Part shown: one piece after another, positions 50,970 through 61,908 of the stretch | Position numbering within the stretch: position 1 is the first letter of the stretch | How the letters are laid out: each line of letters begins with the position of its first letter | NCBI GenBank assembly: GCA_904063045.1 | Contig: CAJFCJ010000041.1 | Coordinates: 80,218-144,217, forward strand | Source: Dimorphilus gyrociliatus | Taxonomy: Eukaryota > Animalia > Annelida | Direction of reading: 5' to 3' | DNA: 64,000 bases | Made by a program: the position numbers and the translations under genes | The notes under the pieces: generated by a model | The model's input: the letters and a program-made list of their open reading frames with translations, nothing else | Told to the model about the DNA's origin: nothing | Database searches by the model: none

Positions 50970-50970
50970 A

Positions 50971-51162
50971 CTACATTTTTCTTTGTTTCTTTGAAGGTAC
51001 TACTTCAAATTCATCACCTGATCTTTTGATTAGGAGTCTTTGTTGTATTCCAATATTGCTATTCTCTTTTGGAGTGCTTTCATATTGATACTCACCATCT
51101 TCCATATCATCATAGTTGTCATCATCTTCTTCCTCCTCAGTCTGTTCCTTGGTAGGGACCAT
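50971..51162 (-). CDS. 63-aa acidic ORF in PLE 3' region (also 59174-59365 and 63277-63468)
   Basis: EEEEDDDNYDDMED run and C-terminal KKQRK; conservation may only reflect unit identity. Confidence 0.35.
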   Translation of the reverse strand: MVPTKEQTEEEEDDDNYDDMEDGEYQYESTPKENSNIGIQQRLLIKRSGDEFEVVPSKKQRKM

Positions 51163-51194
51163 TTCTTTGTCTGACTAAGTTGTAAGAACTGTTG

Positions 51195-51420
51195 AAGCTC
51201 ACTTGAGCTCTTGGAGCTCTATTGAGTTCATGAGCTCTACTGAGCTCTTGGAGCTCTTGGAGCTCTACTGAGTTCTTGGAGCTCTACTGAGCTCTTCAAG
51301 GTCTCCTGTGGTATTGGAGCTCAACTGAGCTACTGTAGCTCCTTGGAGCTCTTGGACCTTATTGTAGCTAACTGTAGCTTTTGGAGTTCCTTGTAGCTTG
51401 TAGAGCTTGTTGTAGCTGCT
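51195..51420. repeat. GAGCTC/AGCT-core 9-10-nt tandem repeats (in every unit)
   Basis: GAGCTCTTG / GAGCTCTACT units. Confidence 0.85.
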
Positions 51421-51428
51421 GAAATTCA

Positions 51429-53705
51429 TTACAGTTCTTGGAGTTCACTTTGGCTTTTCTGGAGTAGAATTTTTTCTATGTGTTTTTCCATCATCTCATC
51501 AACCTTCTTATTGATAAGCCAGTGTCTGGTAGTAGTTGGGATCCTAAAGGCAGTTATTGACTTATACATTTGGAAGTGAGAGCTGTTAGGGGCTAGCTGG
51601 TGGATTGTTCTCTTGACTTTCTCAGCTATTAGTTGGGCTCCATTGTGTTGTGGTATGAGGAGTGGTACCATTTCCTTGGTGGTAAAACCTTCATGTTTAT
51701 TAAGACCATGTGGGAACAGTGTATCCAAATGGTTGATGATTTCAGTTTCTTTTCTCATTAACCAAACTATTACTGAGCTCTCTGTGAGTTCCTTAGGAGC
51801 TACAGCAGCTATGTAGATCTTGAACTTCTTGATATCATGTGTTGCCATATGGTTATATAGTGGTCTATCTATCTTGTTTTTGAAGCCCAAATTATGGGTA
51901 CCCCATCTACACTTGATAGTATCTGTAGTCATACCCACATATGCTAACCCACACATAGAGCATTGTAGGATATAGACACAACCCTTGGTGTTACAGTTAA
52001 TGCTTTGGGTTAAGCTCCAAGAGTTGACCTGGTATAGGTCAAATACCTCATCTCTGGAGTCCAGTCTGAGGCAAGTATCACATCTAGTGTTACAACATTT
52101 ATTGACTTTATACCTCAGTGCCTTTTTTTCTTCAGCTCTGGTGTTGAATTTTTTAATGGTGTCCCTCCCCATTCTCCAGGTGTAGCCATTGACTTTATTG
52201 ATTCTAATGAGATCTTTGAACTGTGAGATAGCCATTTTGGGATCTTTGCAGTTTCTCATATATCTAGTTAGCTGGCTCATTAGGATACCTCTGAATGTGT
52301 GTGGTGGATGATTGGATTTGGTGTGTAGCAGTATTCTGGAGTCAGTAGCCTTAAAATGGGTTTCCCAGGAAAGAGAGTTCCCTAGTATATGTAGGTCCAA
52401 GTCCAGAAAAGTACTTGATTTAGGGTTCTGGGACCAAGTGAGCTTGATATCTGGATTTCTGTTGTTTAGTCTTGTCTGGAACTCCATGATGTCCCTGTCT
52501 GGTTTAGTGACCAAAATGATATCATCAATGTACCTGCCATAGTACTCAATGTCCTCTGTAAAATCTGTGACCAATTCGTGTTCCCAGGTGTGTAACACTA
52601 TGTTTGCATATGCTGGACTAAATGGAGCTCCCATAGCTGTGCCCTTTATTTGCAGGAACCTGTGGTTCCCAAAGGTGAAATCATTGTTGTTGAGACAAAT
52701 CCAAAGGAGTTCCAAGATTAGTTCATCAGGTCTACCTTCATGGTAGTGGGTTAACATGAACTCTTTAACAGCTTTTATGCCCCATTGAGGGTTAATGCTT
52801 GGGTATAGAGCTTCTACATCTGCTGTGAAGATCCCTCTGTTTTGCCAATTATGTATCATAGATAGTTTGCCAATGCAATGTTGGGTGTTTTTAACATAGC
52901 TAGTGGTACTTTTTGCCATTTTGACCAGATAGTGATCAACAAATTTAGATATTTTATATAGATCAGAGCCTACATAGCTCACCACTGGTCTCCCCTTGGG
53001 GATCCTATATGGTACTCTCCATTGGGAGCTGTGTTTATGAATTTTAGGTAGGAGGTAAAACTTTCTATCTCCTGGGCTATTCTGTGGAGCCATCAGAGTT
53101 GCTGTAGATTTGGTAATAATTTTCATTGTAACCAATTCATTAAGGATTTCATTTAACCGGGTCCATTGGGTAGAGCTTATTTTATTGCTGACCTGTTTGT
53201 AGGTTGTTCTGTCACAGAGCTGTGTCATGGCTTCAAAGACATAGTCCTCTTTGTCCATTAAGACAATCCTTCTTCCTTTATCAGCTGGTTTAATGATAAT
53301 GTTAGGATGATTGTTGAGGAAGTTTTTCATTAGGCCTTGATTTTCAAAACCCTTCTGGGCTCTATTAATTTTTTCAGAGCCCTTTATAATGTCATATATC
53401 CTGTCTGTGATATGGTTAATTTCTGGAATATGACTAGAGGGCATGTAATTTAACTCCCTCATTAGTTCAGGTAGAGATGGTGCTTGTATGTCAAGAAGTT
53501 TTTTCTTTAGTGGATTATTTCGAAATCTTGGTGTACCATTTTTCTCAATGATCTTTAGCCATTTTAATGTATAATCCAAGATCCCTGTGAAGTGCAAGTT
53601 TATAAATTTATTTGGGGCCCAAGTCCAGGCAAAGCCTAGACCTTGTGCCATAGTGTTCAGGCAAGAACTCTTGATGTTAGAGTTCCTACATAGGTTAAAA
53701 ACCAT
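51429..53705 (-). CDS. PLE reverse transcriptase + GIY-YIG endonuclease (Neptune-like), 758 aa
   Basis: FYLLPKIHK, GRPVVS, ADVEALYPSI, GTAMGAPFSP, RYIDDI; Cys linker CCNTRCDTC; VYILQCSMCGLAYVGMT. Confidence 0.95.
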   Translation of the reverse strand: MVFNLCRNSNIKSSCLNTMAQGLGFAWTWAPNKFINLHFTGILDYTLKWLKIIEKNGTPRFRNNPLKKKLLDIQAPSLPELMRELNYMPSSHIPEINHITDRIYDIIKGSEKINRAQKGFENQGLMKNFLNNHPNIIIKPADKGRRIVLMDKEDYVFEAMTQLCDRTTYKQVSNKISSTQWTRLNEILNELVTMKIITKSTATLMAPQNSPGDRKFYLLPKIHKHSSQWRVPYRIPKGRPVVSYVGSDLYKISKFVDHYLVKMAKSTTSYVKNTQHCIGKLSMIHNWQNRGIFTADVEALYPSINPQWGIKAVKEFMLTHYHEGRPDELILELLWICLNNNDFTFGNHRFLQIKGTAMGAPFSPAYANIVLHTWEHELVTDFTEDIEYYGRYIDDIILVTKPDRDIMEFQTRLNNRNPDIKLTWSQNPKSSTFLDLDLHILGNSLSWETHFKATDSRILLHTKSNHPPHTFRGILMSQLTRYMRNCKDPKMAISQFKDLIRINKVNGYTWRMGRDTIKKFNTRAEEKKALRYKVNKCCNTRCDTCLRLDSRDEVFDLYQVNSWSLTQSINCNTKGCVYILQCSMCGLAYVGMTTDTIKCRWGTHNLGFKNKIDRPLYNHMATHDIKKFKIYIAAVAPKELTESSVIVWLMRKETEIINHLDTLFPHGLNKHEGFTTKEMVPLLIPQHNGAQLIAEKVKRTIHQLAPNSSHFQMYKSITAFRIPTTTRHWLINKKVDEMMEKHIEKILLQKSQSELQEL

Positions 53706-53776
53706 ACTTGGTTCTGTTTTATTGATAAAAACATGTTTAAAAACATTATAATTGTTATGCTGTTGTGCTTGAAGAG

Positions 53777-54558
53777 TTAGGAGTTTCCCTGGTCCATAGT
53801 CTCCTCATCAGCACTCATTTTCTCTGTAATTCCTTTAAATAAGACAGTCATGATTGCCAATTCCTTTCTTAGTTCTGAGATTTCATCCTTAGAGTTCTTG
53901 TAAGGTTCTTTGTGTCTGGTTTTGTCTGCTGGTTTCTTGGATCTCTGTATGGTAGGGAGCTCTTTGAAATTTTCATGGAGCTCTCTATTGAAAGAGTCAT
54001 CTAAGGGAGCTTTTAGATTTTTGGTAACCAAGTATACACTTTCTTTAAGTTGGGCCCAATTAATCTTTTTGCCATATTTTTGTATCGATCTGGTTTTGGC
54101 TACTTCAATAGCTTTCTTAACCTCTGATTGATTGTAATTTTGCTGATCATTTTTTATCTTGTCCCTCATTTTAGAGAGCCTCTCATTGAGCTCCTCCAGC
54201 ACCACTCTATTTGTTTCTCTAGCACAAGTATTGGCTATTTCATGTAGTTGGTTGAGTCTTTCCCCAGTGATGGGACCTCCTGTGATTCTAATTGAGTCCA
54301 TCATATCCATGGCCTTTTTGGTCCAAGGGTTATATTCCTTAAGTCTCTCAATCTGGTGAATAGAACTGTAAGTTTTACTCATAGCTCTAGTCAGGGCTTT
54401 TTCCTTGTCACTTAGAGAACCTTTAAAACCATTTGCATCAGGTGCAGTCTGGCTCTTTGTGACTTGTACCCATCTGGGTTTGTCTGGAGCTCTGGAGTAG
54501 GGTGTCTTTCTTCCTGTTTTTTTGTTCTTCTAGGAGCTTGGTTTTGTTTAGGGTCCAT
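53777..54558 (-). CDS. PLE ORF1, unit 1 (one T missing in a run near 54520)
   Basis: Identical to unit 2 ORF1 apart from the indel. Confidence 0.7.
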
Positions 54559-54912
54559 TGCCAAAGTCTGTACTGGGTAGGTTAGGGTTGGTAAGGGTTA
54601 TGGGTTAGGCCACTCACACAACTCTGGTAATGTTTTTGGGAACTGGTTAGCTAGTGTTCCAGTGTAATACCTAACTTTTACTCAATGTTAGGTAGGGTTC
54701 TCCTTGGTCAGGATTATAGATCTGGCTCCCAGTCTTAGTCAGGTTTTGGAACTGTTAGTTGGTGTTCAGGGTTCTACCAATTTTCCAATAGGTAGGAGTT
54801 CTCTATGTCTGAGCTCCTTGGTGCTTCAGTGCTCTGTCAAACTCTTAGTCTTATTCAATAACAATTAAATTTTTTCTTTTTCATCAACTTTTTATTTTAA
54901 ACTTTAAACATA

Positions 54913-54955
54913 TTACACAATATTTCGCCTCTACTTGAGGCTTCATCAGTTGTAA
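54913..54955 (-). ncRNA. Hammerhead ribozyme, unit 2 (two 1-bp deletions)
   Basis: Same motif with deletions in stem I. Confidence 0.65.
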
Positions 54956-55522
54956 GTTAAACTGAACACCAACATAAGTATTTATACCATCACCACAAAA
55001 AAAAAAAAAATTTTATATATAAAAAACATGAAAACAAGATGGCTGCCCTTGCACTAGCGCCACCTAACTACATTTTTCTTTGTTTCTTTGAAGGTACTAC
55101 TTCAAATTCATCACCTGATCTTTGATTAGGAGTCTTTGTTGTATTCCAATATTGCTATTCTCTTTGGAGTGCTTTCATATTGATACTCACCATCTTCCAT
55201 ATCATCATAGTTGTCATCATCTTCTTCCTCCTCAGTCTGTTCCTTGGTAGGGACCATTTCTTTGTCTGACTAAGTTGTAAGAACTGTTGAAGCTCACTTG
55301 AGCTCTTGGAGCTCTATTGAGTTCATGAGCTCTACTGAGCTCTTGGAGCTCTTGGAGCTCTACTGAGTTCTTGGAGCTCTACTGAGCCTTCAAGGTCTCC
55401 TGTGGTATTGGAGCTCAACTGAGCTACTGTAGCTCCTTGGAGCTCTTGGACCTTATTGTAGCTAACTGTAGCTTTTGGAGTTCCTTGTAGCTTGTAGAGC
55501 TTGTTGTAGCTGCTGAAATTCA

Positions 55523-57799
55523 TTACAGTTCTTGGAGTTCCACTTTGGCTTTTCTGGAGTAGAATTTTTTCTATGTGTTTTTCCATCATCTCATCAACCT
55601 TCTTATTGATAAGCCAGTGTCTGGTAGTAGTTGGGATCCTAAAGGCAGTTATTGACTTATACATTTGAAGTGAGAGCTGTTAGGGGCTAGCTGGTGGATT
55701 GTCTCTTGACTTTCTCAGCTATTAGTTGGGCTCCATTGTGTTGTGGTATGAGGAGTGGTACCATTTCCTTGGTGGTAAAACCTTCATGTTTATTAAGACC
55801 ATGTGGGAACAGTGTATCCAAATGGTTTGATGATTTCAGTTTCTTTTCTCATTAACCAAACTATTACTGAGCTCTCTGTGAGTTCCTTAGGAGCTACAGC
55901 AGCTATGTAGATCTTGAACTTCTTGATATCATGTGTTGCCATATGGTTATATAGTGGTCTATCTATCTTGTTTTTGAAGCCCAAATTATGGGTACCCCAT
56001 CTACACTTGATAGTATCTGTAGTCATACCCACATATGCTAACCCACACATAGAGCATTGTAGGATATAACACAACCCTTGGTGTTACAGTTAATGCTTTG
56101 GGTTAAGCTCCAAGAGTTGACCTGGTATAGGTCAAATACCTCATCTCTGGAGTCCAGTCTGAGGCAAGTATCACATCTAGTGTTACAACATTTATTGACT
56201 TTATACCTCAGTGCCTTTTTTTCTTCAGCTCTGGTGTTGAATTTTTTAATGGTGTCCCCTCCCCATTCTCCAGGTGTAGCCATTGACTTTATTGATTCTA
56301 ATGAGATCTTTGAACTGTGAGATAGCCATTTTGGGATCTTTGCAGTTTCTCATATATCTAGTTAGCTGGCTCATTAGGATACCTCTGAATGTGTGTGGTG
56401 GATGATTGGATTTGGTGTGTAGCAGTATTCTGGAGTCAGTAGCCTTAAAATGGGTTTCCCAGGAAAGAGAGTTCCCTAGTATATGTAGGTCCAAGTCCAG
56501 AAAAGTACTTGATTTAGGGTTCTGGGACCAAGTGAGCTTGATATCTGGATTTCTGTTGTTTAGTCTTGTCTGGAACTCCATGATGTCCCTGTCTGGTTTA
56601 GTGACCAAAATGATATCATCAATGTACCTGCCATAGTACTCAATGTCCTCTGTAAAATCTGTGACCAATTCGTGTTCCCAGGTGTGTAACACTATGTTTG
56701 CATATGCTGGACTAAATGGAGCTCCCATAGCTGTGCCCTTTATTTGCAGGAACCTGTGGTTCCCAAAGGTGAAATCATTGTTGTTGAGACAAATCCAAAG
56801 GAGTTCCAAGATTAGTTCATCAGGTCTACCTTCATGGTAGTGGGTTAACATGAACTCTTTAACAGCTTTTATGCCCCATTGAGGGTTAATGCTTGGGTAT
56901 AGAGCTTCTACATCTGCTGTGAAGATCCCTCTGTTTTGCCAATTATGTATCATAGATAGTTTGCCAATGCAATGTTGGGTGTTTTTAACATAGCTAGTGG
57001 TACTTTTTGCCATTTTGACCAGATAGTGATCAACAAATTTAGATATTTTATATAGATCAGAGCCTACATAGCTCACCACTGGTCTCCCCTTGGGGATCCT
57101 ATATGGTACTCTCCATTGGGAGCTGTGTTTATGAATTTTAGGTAGGAGGTAAAACTTTCTATCTCCTGGGCTATTCTGTGGAGCCATCAGAGTTGCTGTA
57201 GATTTGGTAATAATTTTCATTGTAACCAATTCATTAAGGATTTCATTTAACCGGGTCCATTGGGTAGAGCTTATTTTATTGCTGACCTGTTTGTAGGTTG
57301 TTCTGTCACAGAGCTGTGTCATGGCTTCAAAGACATAGTCCTCTTTGTCCATTAAGACAATCCTTCTTCCTTTATCAGCTGGTTTAATGATAATGTTAGG
57401 ATGATTGTTGAGGAAGTTTTTCATTAGGCCTTGATTTTCAAAACCCTTCTGGGCTCTATTAATTTTTTCAGAGCCCTTTATAATGTCATATATCCTGTCT
57501 GTGATATGGTTAATTTCTGGAATATGACTAGAGGGCATGTAATTTAACTCCCTCATTAGTTCAGGTAGAGATGGTGCTTGTATGTCAAGAAGTTTTTTCT
57601 TTAGTGGATTATTTCGAAATCTTGGTGTACCATTTTTCTCAATGATCTTTAGCCATTTTAATGTATAATCCAAGATCCCTGTGAAGTGCAAGTTTATAAA
57701 TTTATTTGGGGCCCAAGTCCAGGCAAAGCCTAGACCTTGTGCCATAGTGTTCAGGCAAGAACTCTTGATGTTAGAGTTCCTACATAGGTTAAAAACCAT
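55523..57799 (-). pseudogene. PLE RT-EN, frameshifted copy
   Basis: Split into ORFs 56246-57799, 56038-56283, 55793-56074 and 55332-55664 by 1-bp indels (possibly sequencing error). Confidence 0.85.
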
Positions 57800-57870
57800 A
57801 CTTGGTTCTGTTTTATTGATAAAAACATGTTTAAAAACATTATAATTGTTATGCTGTTGTGCTTGAAGAG

Positions 57871-58653
57871 TTAGGAGTTTCCCTGGTCCATAGTCTCCTC
57901 ATCAGCACTCATTTTCTCTGTAATTCCTTTAAATAAGACAGTCATGATTGCCAATTCCTTTCTTAGTTCTGAGATTTCATCCTTAGAGTTCTTGTAAGGT
58001 TCTTTGTGTCTGGTTTTGTCTGCTGGTTTCTTGGATCTCTGTATGGTAGGGAGCTCTTTGAAATTTTCATGGAGCTCTCTATTGAAAGAGTCATCTAAGG
58101 GAGCTTTTAGATTTTTGGTAACCAAGTATACACTTTCTTTAAGTTGGGCCCAATTAATCTTTTTGCCATATTTTTGTATCGATCTGGTTTTGGCTACTTC
58201 AATAGCTTTCTTAACCTCTGATTGATTGTAATTTTGCTGATCATTTTTTATCTTGTCCCTCATTTTAGAGAGCCTCTCATTGAGCTCCTCCAGCACCACT
58301 CTATTTGTTTCTCTAGCACAAGTATTGGCTATTTCATGTAGTTGGTTGAGTCTTTCCCCAGTGATGGGACCTCCTGTGATTCTAATTGAGTCCATCATAT
58401 CCATGGCCTTTTTGGTCCAAGGGTTATATTCCTTAAGTCTCTCAATCTGGTGAATAGAACTGTAAGTTTTACTCATAGCTCTAGTCAGGGCTTTTTCCTT
58501 GTCACTTAGAGAACCTTTAAAACCATTTGCATCAGGTGCAGTCTGGCTCTTTGTGACTTGTACCCATCTGGGTTTGTCTGGAGCTCTGGAGTAGGGTGTC
58601 TTTCTTCCTGTTTTTTTTGTTCTTCTAGGAGCTTGGTTTTGTTTAGGGTCCAT
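57871..58653 (-). CDS. PLE upstream ORF1, 260 aa from ATG, basic N-terminus and helical/coiled-coil core
   Basis: Open in unit 2; same ORF at 53777-54558 and 61980-62761, each with a single homopolymer indel. Confidence 0.8.
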   Translation of the reverse strand: MDPKQNQAPRRTKKTGRKTPYSRAPDKPRWVQVTKSQTAPDANGFKGSLSDKEKALTRAMSKTYSSIHQIERLKEYNPWTKKAMDMMDSIRITGGPITGERLNQLHEIANTCARETNRVVLEELNERLSKMRDKIKNDQQNYNQSEVKKAIEVAKTRSIQKYGKKINWAQLKESVYLVTKNLKAPLDDSFNRELHENFKELPTIQRSKKPADKTRHKEPYKNSKDEISELRKELAIMTVLFKGITEKMSADEETMDQGNS

Positions 58654-59014
58654 TGCCAAAGTCTGTACTGGGTAGGTTAGGGTTTGGTAAGGGTTATGGG
58701 TTAGGCCACTCACACAACTCTGGTAATGTTTTTGGGAACTGGTTAGCTAGTGTTCCAGTGTAATACCTAACTTTTACTCAATGTTAGGTAGGGGTTCTCC
58801 TTGGTCAGGATTATAGATCTGGGCTCCCAGTCTTAGTCAGGTTTTGGGAACTGGTTAGTTGGTGTTCAAGGGTTCTACCAATTTTCCAATAGGTAGGAGT
58901 TCTCTATGTCTGAGCTCCTTGGTGCTTCAGTGCTCTGTCAAACTCTTAGTCTTATTCAATAACAATTAAATTTTTTCTTTTTCATCAACTTTTTATTTTA
59001 AACTTTAAAACATA

Positions 59015-59059
59015 TTACAACAATATTTCGCCTCTACTTGAGGCTTCATCAGGTTGTAA
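59015..59059 (-). ncRNA. Hammerhead ribozyme, unit 3
   Basis: Identical motif. Confidence 0.85.
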
Positions 59060-59631
59060 GTTAAACTGAACACCAACATAAGTATTTATACCATCACCAC
59101 AAAAAAAAAAAAAAAAATTTTATATATAAAAACATGAAAACAAGATGGCTGCCCTTGCACTAGCGCCACCTAACTACATTTTTCTTTGTTTCTTTGAAGG
59201 TACTACTTCAAATTCATCACCTGATCTTTTGATTAGGAGTCTTTGTTGTATTCCAATATTGCTATTCTCTTTTGGAGTGCTTTCATATTGATACTCACCA
59301 TCTTCCATATCATCATAGTTGTCATCATCTTCTTCCTCCTCAGTCTGTTCCTTGGTAGGGACCATTTCTTTGTCTGACTAAGTTGTAAGAACTGTTGAAG
59401 CTCACTTGAGCTCTTGGAGCTCTATTGAGTTCATGAGCTCTACTGAGCTCTTGGAGCTCTTGGAGCTCTACTGAGTTCTTGGAGCTCTACTGAGCTCTTC
59501 AAGGTCTCCTGTGGTATTGGAGCTCAACTGAGCTACTGTAGCTCCTTGGAGCTCTTGGACCTTATTGTAGCTAACTGTAGCTTTTGGAGTTCCTTGTAGC
59601 TTGTAGAGCTTGTTGTAGCTGCTGAAATTCA

Positions 59632-61908
59632 TTACAGTTCTTGGAGTTCACTTTGGCTTTTCTGGAGTAGAATTTTTTCTATGTGTTTTTCCATCATCTC
59701 ATCAACCTTCTTATTGATAAGCCAGTGTCTGGTAGTAGTTGGGATCCTAAAGGCAGTTATTGACTTATACATTTGGAAGTGAGAGCTGTTAGGGGCTAGC
59801 TGGTGGATTGTTCTCTTGACTTTCTCAGCTATTAGTTGGGCTCCATTGTGTTGTGGTATGAGGAGTGGTACCATTTCCTTGGTGGTAAAACCTTCATGTT
59901 TATTAAGACCATGTGGGAACAGTGTATCCAAATGGTTGATGATTTCAGTTTCTTTTCTCATTAACCAAACTATTACTGAGCTCTCTGTGAGTTCCTTAGG
60001 AGCTACAGCAGCTATGTAGATCTTGAACTTCTTGATATCATGTGTTGCCATATGGTTATATAGTGGTCTATCTATCTTGTTTTTGAAGCCCAAATTATGG
60101 GTACCCCATCTACACTTGATAGTATCTGTAGTCATACCCACATATGCTAACCCACACATAGAGCATTGTAGGATATAGACACAACCCTTGGTGTTACAGT
60201 TAATGCTTTGGGTTAAGCTCCAAGAGTTGACCTGGTATAGGTCAAATACCTCATCTCTGGAGTCCAGTCTGAGGCAAGTATCACATCTAGTGTTACAACA
60301 TTTATTGACTTTATACCTCAGTGCCTTTTTTTCTTCAGCTCTGGTGTTGAATTTTTTAATGGTGTCCCTCCCCATTCTCCAGGTGTAGCCATTGACTTTA
60401 TTGATTCTAATGAGATCTTTGAACTGTGAGATAGCCATTTTGGGATCTTTGCAGTTTCTCATATATCTAGTTAGCTGGCTCATTAGGATACCTCTGAATG
60501 TGTGTGGTGGATGATTGGATTTGGTGTGTAGCAGTATTCTGGAGTCAGTAGCCTTAAAATGGGTTTCCCAGGAAAGAGAGTTCCCTAGTATATGTAGGTC
60601 CAAGTCCAGAAAAGTACTTGATTTAGGGTTCTGGGACCAAGTGAGCTTGATATCTGGATTTCTGTTGTTTAGTCTTGTCTTGAACTCCATGATGTCCCTG
60701 TCTGGTTTAGTGACCAAAATGATATCATCAATGTACCTGCCATAGTACTCAATGTCCTCTGTAAAATCTGTGACCAATTCGTGTTCCCAGGTGTGTAACA
60801 CTATGTTTGCATATGCCGGACTAAATGGAGCTCCCATAGCTGTGCCCTTTATTTGCAGGAACCTGTGGTTCCCAAAGGTGAAATCATTGTTGTTGAGACA
60901 AATCCAAAGGAGTTCCAAGATTAGTTCATCAGGTCTACCTTCATGGTAGTGGGTTAACATGAACTCTTTAACAGCTTTTATGCCCCATTGAGGGTTAATG
61001 CTTGGGTATAGAGCTTCTACATCTGCTGTGAAGATCCCTCTGTTTTGCCAATTATGTATCATAGATAGTTTGCCAATGCAATGTTGGGTGTTTTTAACAT
61101 AGCTGGTGGTACTTTTTGCCATTTTGACCAGATAGTGATCAACAAATTTAGATATTTTATATAGATCAGAGCCTACATAGCTCACCACTGGTCTCCCCTT
61201 GGGGATCCTATATGGTACTCTCCATTGGGAGCTGTGTTTATGAATTTTAGGTAGGAGGTAAAACTTTCTATCTCCTGGGCTATTCTGTGGAGCCATCAGA
61301 GTTGCTGTAGATTTGGTAATAATTTTCATTGTAACCAATTCATTAAGGATTTCATTTAACCGGGTCCATTGGGTAGAGCTTATTTTATTGCTGACCTGTT
61401 TGTAGGTTGTTCTGTCACAGAGCTGTGTCATGGCTTCAAAGACATAGTCCTCTTTGTCCATTAAGACAATCCTTCTTCCTTTATCAGCTGGTTTAATGAT
61501 AATGTTAGGATGATTGTTGAGGAAGTTTTTCATTAGGCCTTGATTTTCAAAACCCTTCTGGGCTCTATTAATTTTTTCAGAGCCCTTTATAATGTCATAT
61601 ATCCTGTCTGTGATATGGTTAATTTCTGGAATATGACTAGAGGGCATGTAATTTAACTCCCTCATTAGTTCAGGTAGAGATGGTGCTTGTATGTCAAGAA
61701 GTTTTTTCTTTAGTGGATTATTTCGAAATCTTGGTGTACCATTTTTCTCAATGATCTTTAGCCATTTTAATGTATAATCCAAGATCCCTGTGAAGTGCAA
61801 GTTTATAAATTTATTTGGGGCCCAAGTCCAGGCAAAGCCTAGACCTTGTGCCATAGTGTTCAGGCAAGAACTCTTGATGTTAGAGTTCCTACATAGGTTA
61901 AAAACCAT
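59632..61908 (-). CDS. PLE reverse transcriptase + GIY-YIG endonuclease, 758 aa
   Basis: As unit 1; one Q>K difference seen. Confidence 0.95.
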   Translation of the reverse strand: MVFNLCRNSNIKSSCLNTMAQGLGFAWTWAPNKFINLHFTGILDYTLKWLKIIEKNGTPRFRNNPLKKKLLDIQAPSLPELMRELNYMPSSHIPEINHITDRIYDIIKGSEKINRAQKGFENQGLMKNFLNNHPNIIIKPADKGRRIVLMDKEDYVFEAMTQLCDRTTYKQVSNKISSTQWTRLNEILNELVTMKIITKSTATLMAPQNSPGDRKFYLLPKIHKHSSQWRVPYRIPKGRPVVSYVGSDLYKISKFVDHYLVKMAKSTTSYVKNTQHCIGKLSMIHNWQNRGIFTADVEALYPSINPQWGIKAVKEFMLTHYHEGRPDELILELLWICLNNNDFTFGNHRFLQIKGTAMGAPFSPAYANIVLHTWEHELVTDFTEDIEYYGRYIDDIILVTKPDRDIMEFKTRLNNRNPDIKLTWSQNPKSSTFLDLDLHILGNSLSWETHFKATDSRILLHTKSNHPPHTFRGILMSQLTRYMRNCKDPKMAISQFKDLIRINKVNGYTWRMGRDTIKKFNTRAEEKKALRYKVNKCCNTRCDTCLRLDSRDEVFDLYQVNSWSLTQSINCNTKGCVYILQCSMCGLAYVGMTTDTIKCRWGTHNLGFKNKIDRPLYNHMATHDIKKFKIYIAAVAPKELTESSVIVWLMRKETEIINHLDTLFPHGLNKHEGFTTKEMVPLLIPQHNGAQLIAEKVKRTIHQLAPNSSHFQMYKSITAFRIPTTTRHWLINKKVDEMMEKHIEKILLQKSQSELQEL

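Larger units (their letters stand above)
50471..54577 (-). mobile_element. Penelope-like element, tandem unit 1
   Basis: 4107-bp unit of head-to-tail array, RT + GIY-YIG. Confidence 0.95.
54578..58672 (-). mobile_element. Penelope-like element, tandem unit 2 (many 1-bp indels)
   Basis: 4095 bp; same sequence with single-base indels. Confidence 0.95.

Noticed and set aside
54578-58672. Frameshifts in unit 2 (and single ones in ORF1 of units 1 and 3) as biological inactivation or programmed frameshifts
   Set aside because: Nearly all are 1-bp changes in homopolymers, also in non-coding parts, typical of long-read consensus error; cannot be resolved without reads
58654-58713. ORF-track start of ORF1 at GTG 58713 (280 aa)
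   Set aside because: Non-ATG start inside the telomere-like motif; the first ATG at 58653 is more plausible in a eukaryote
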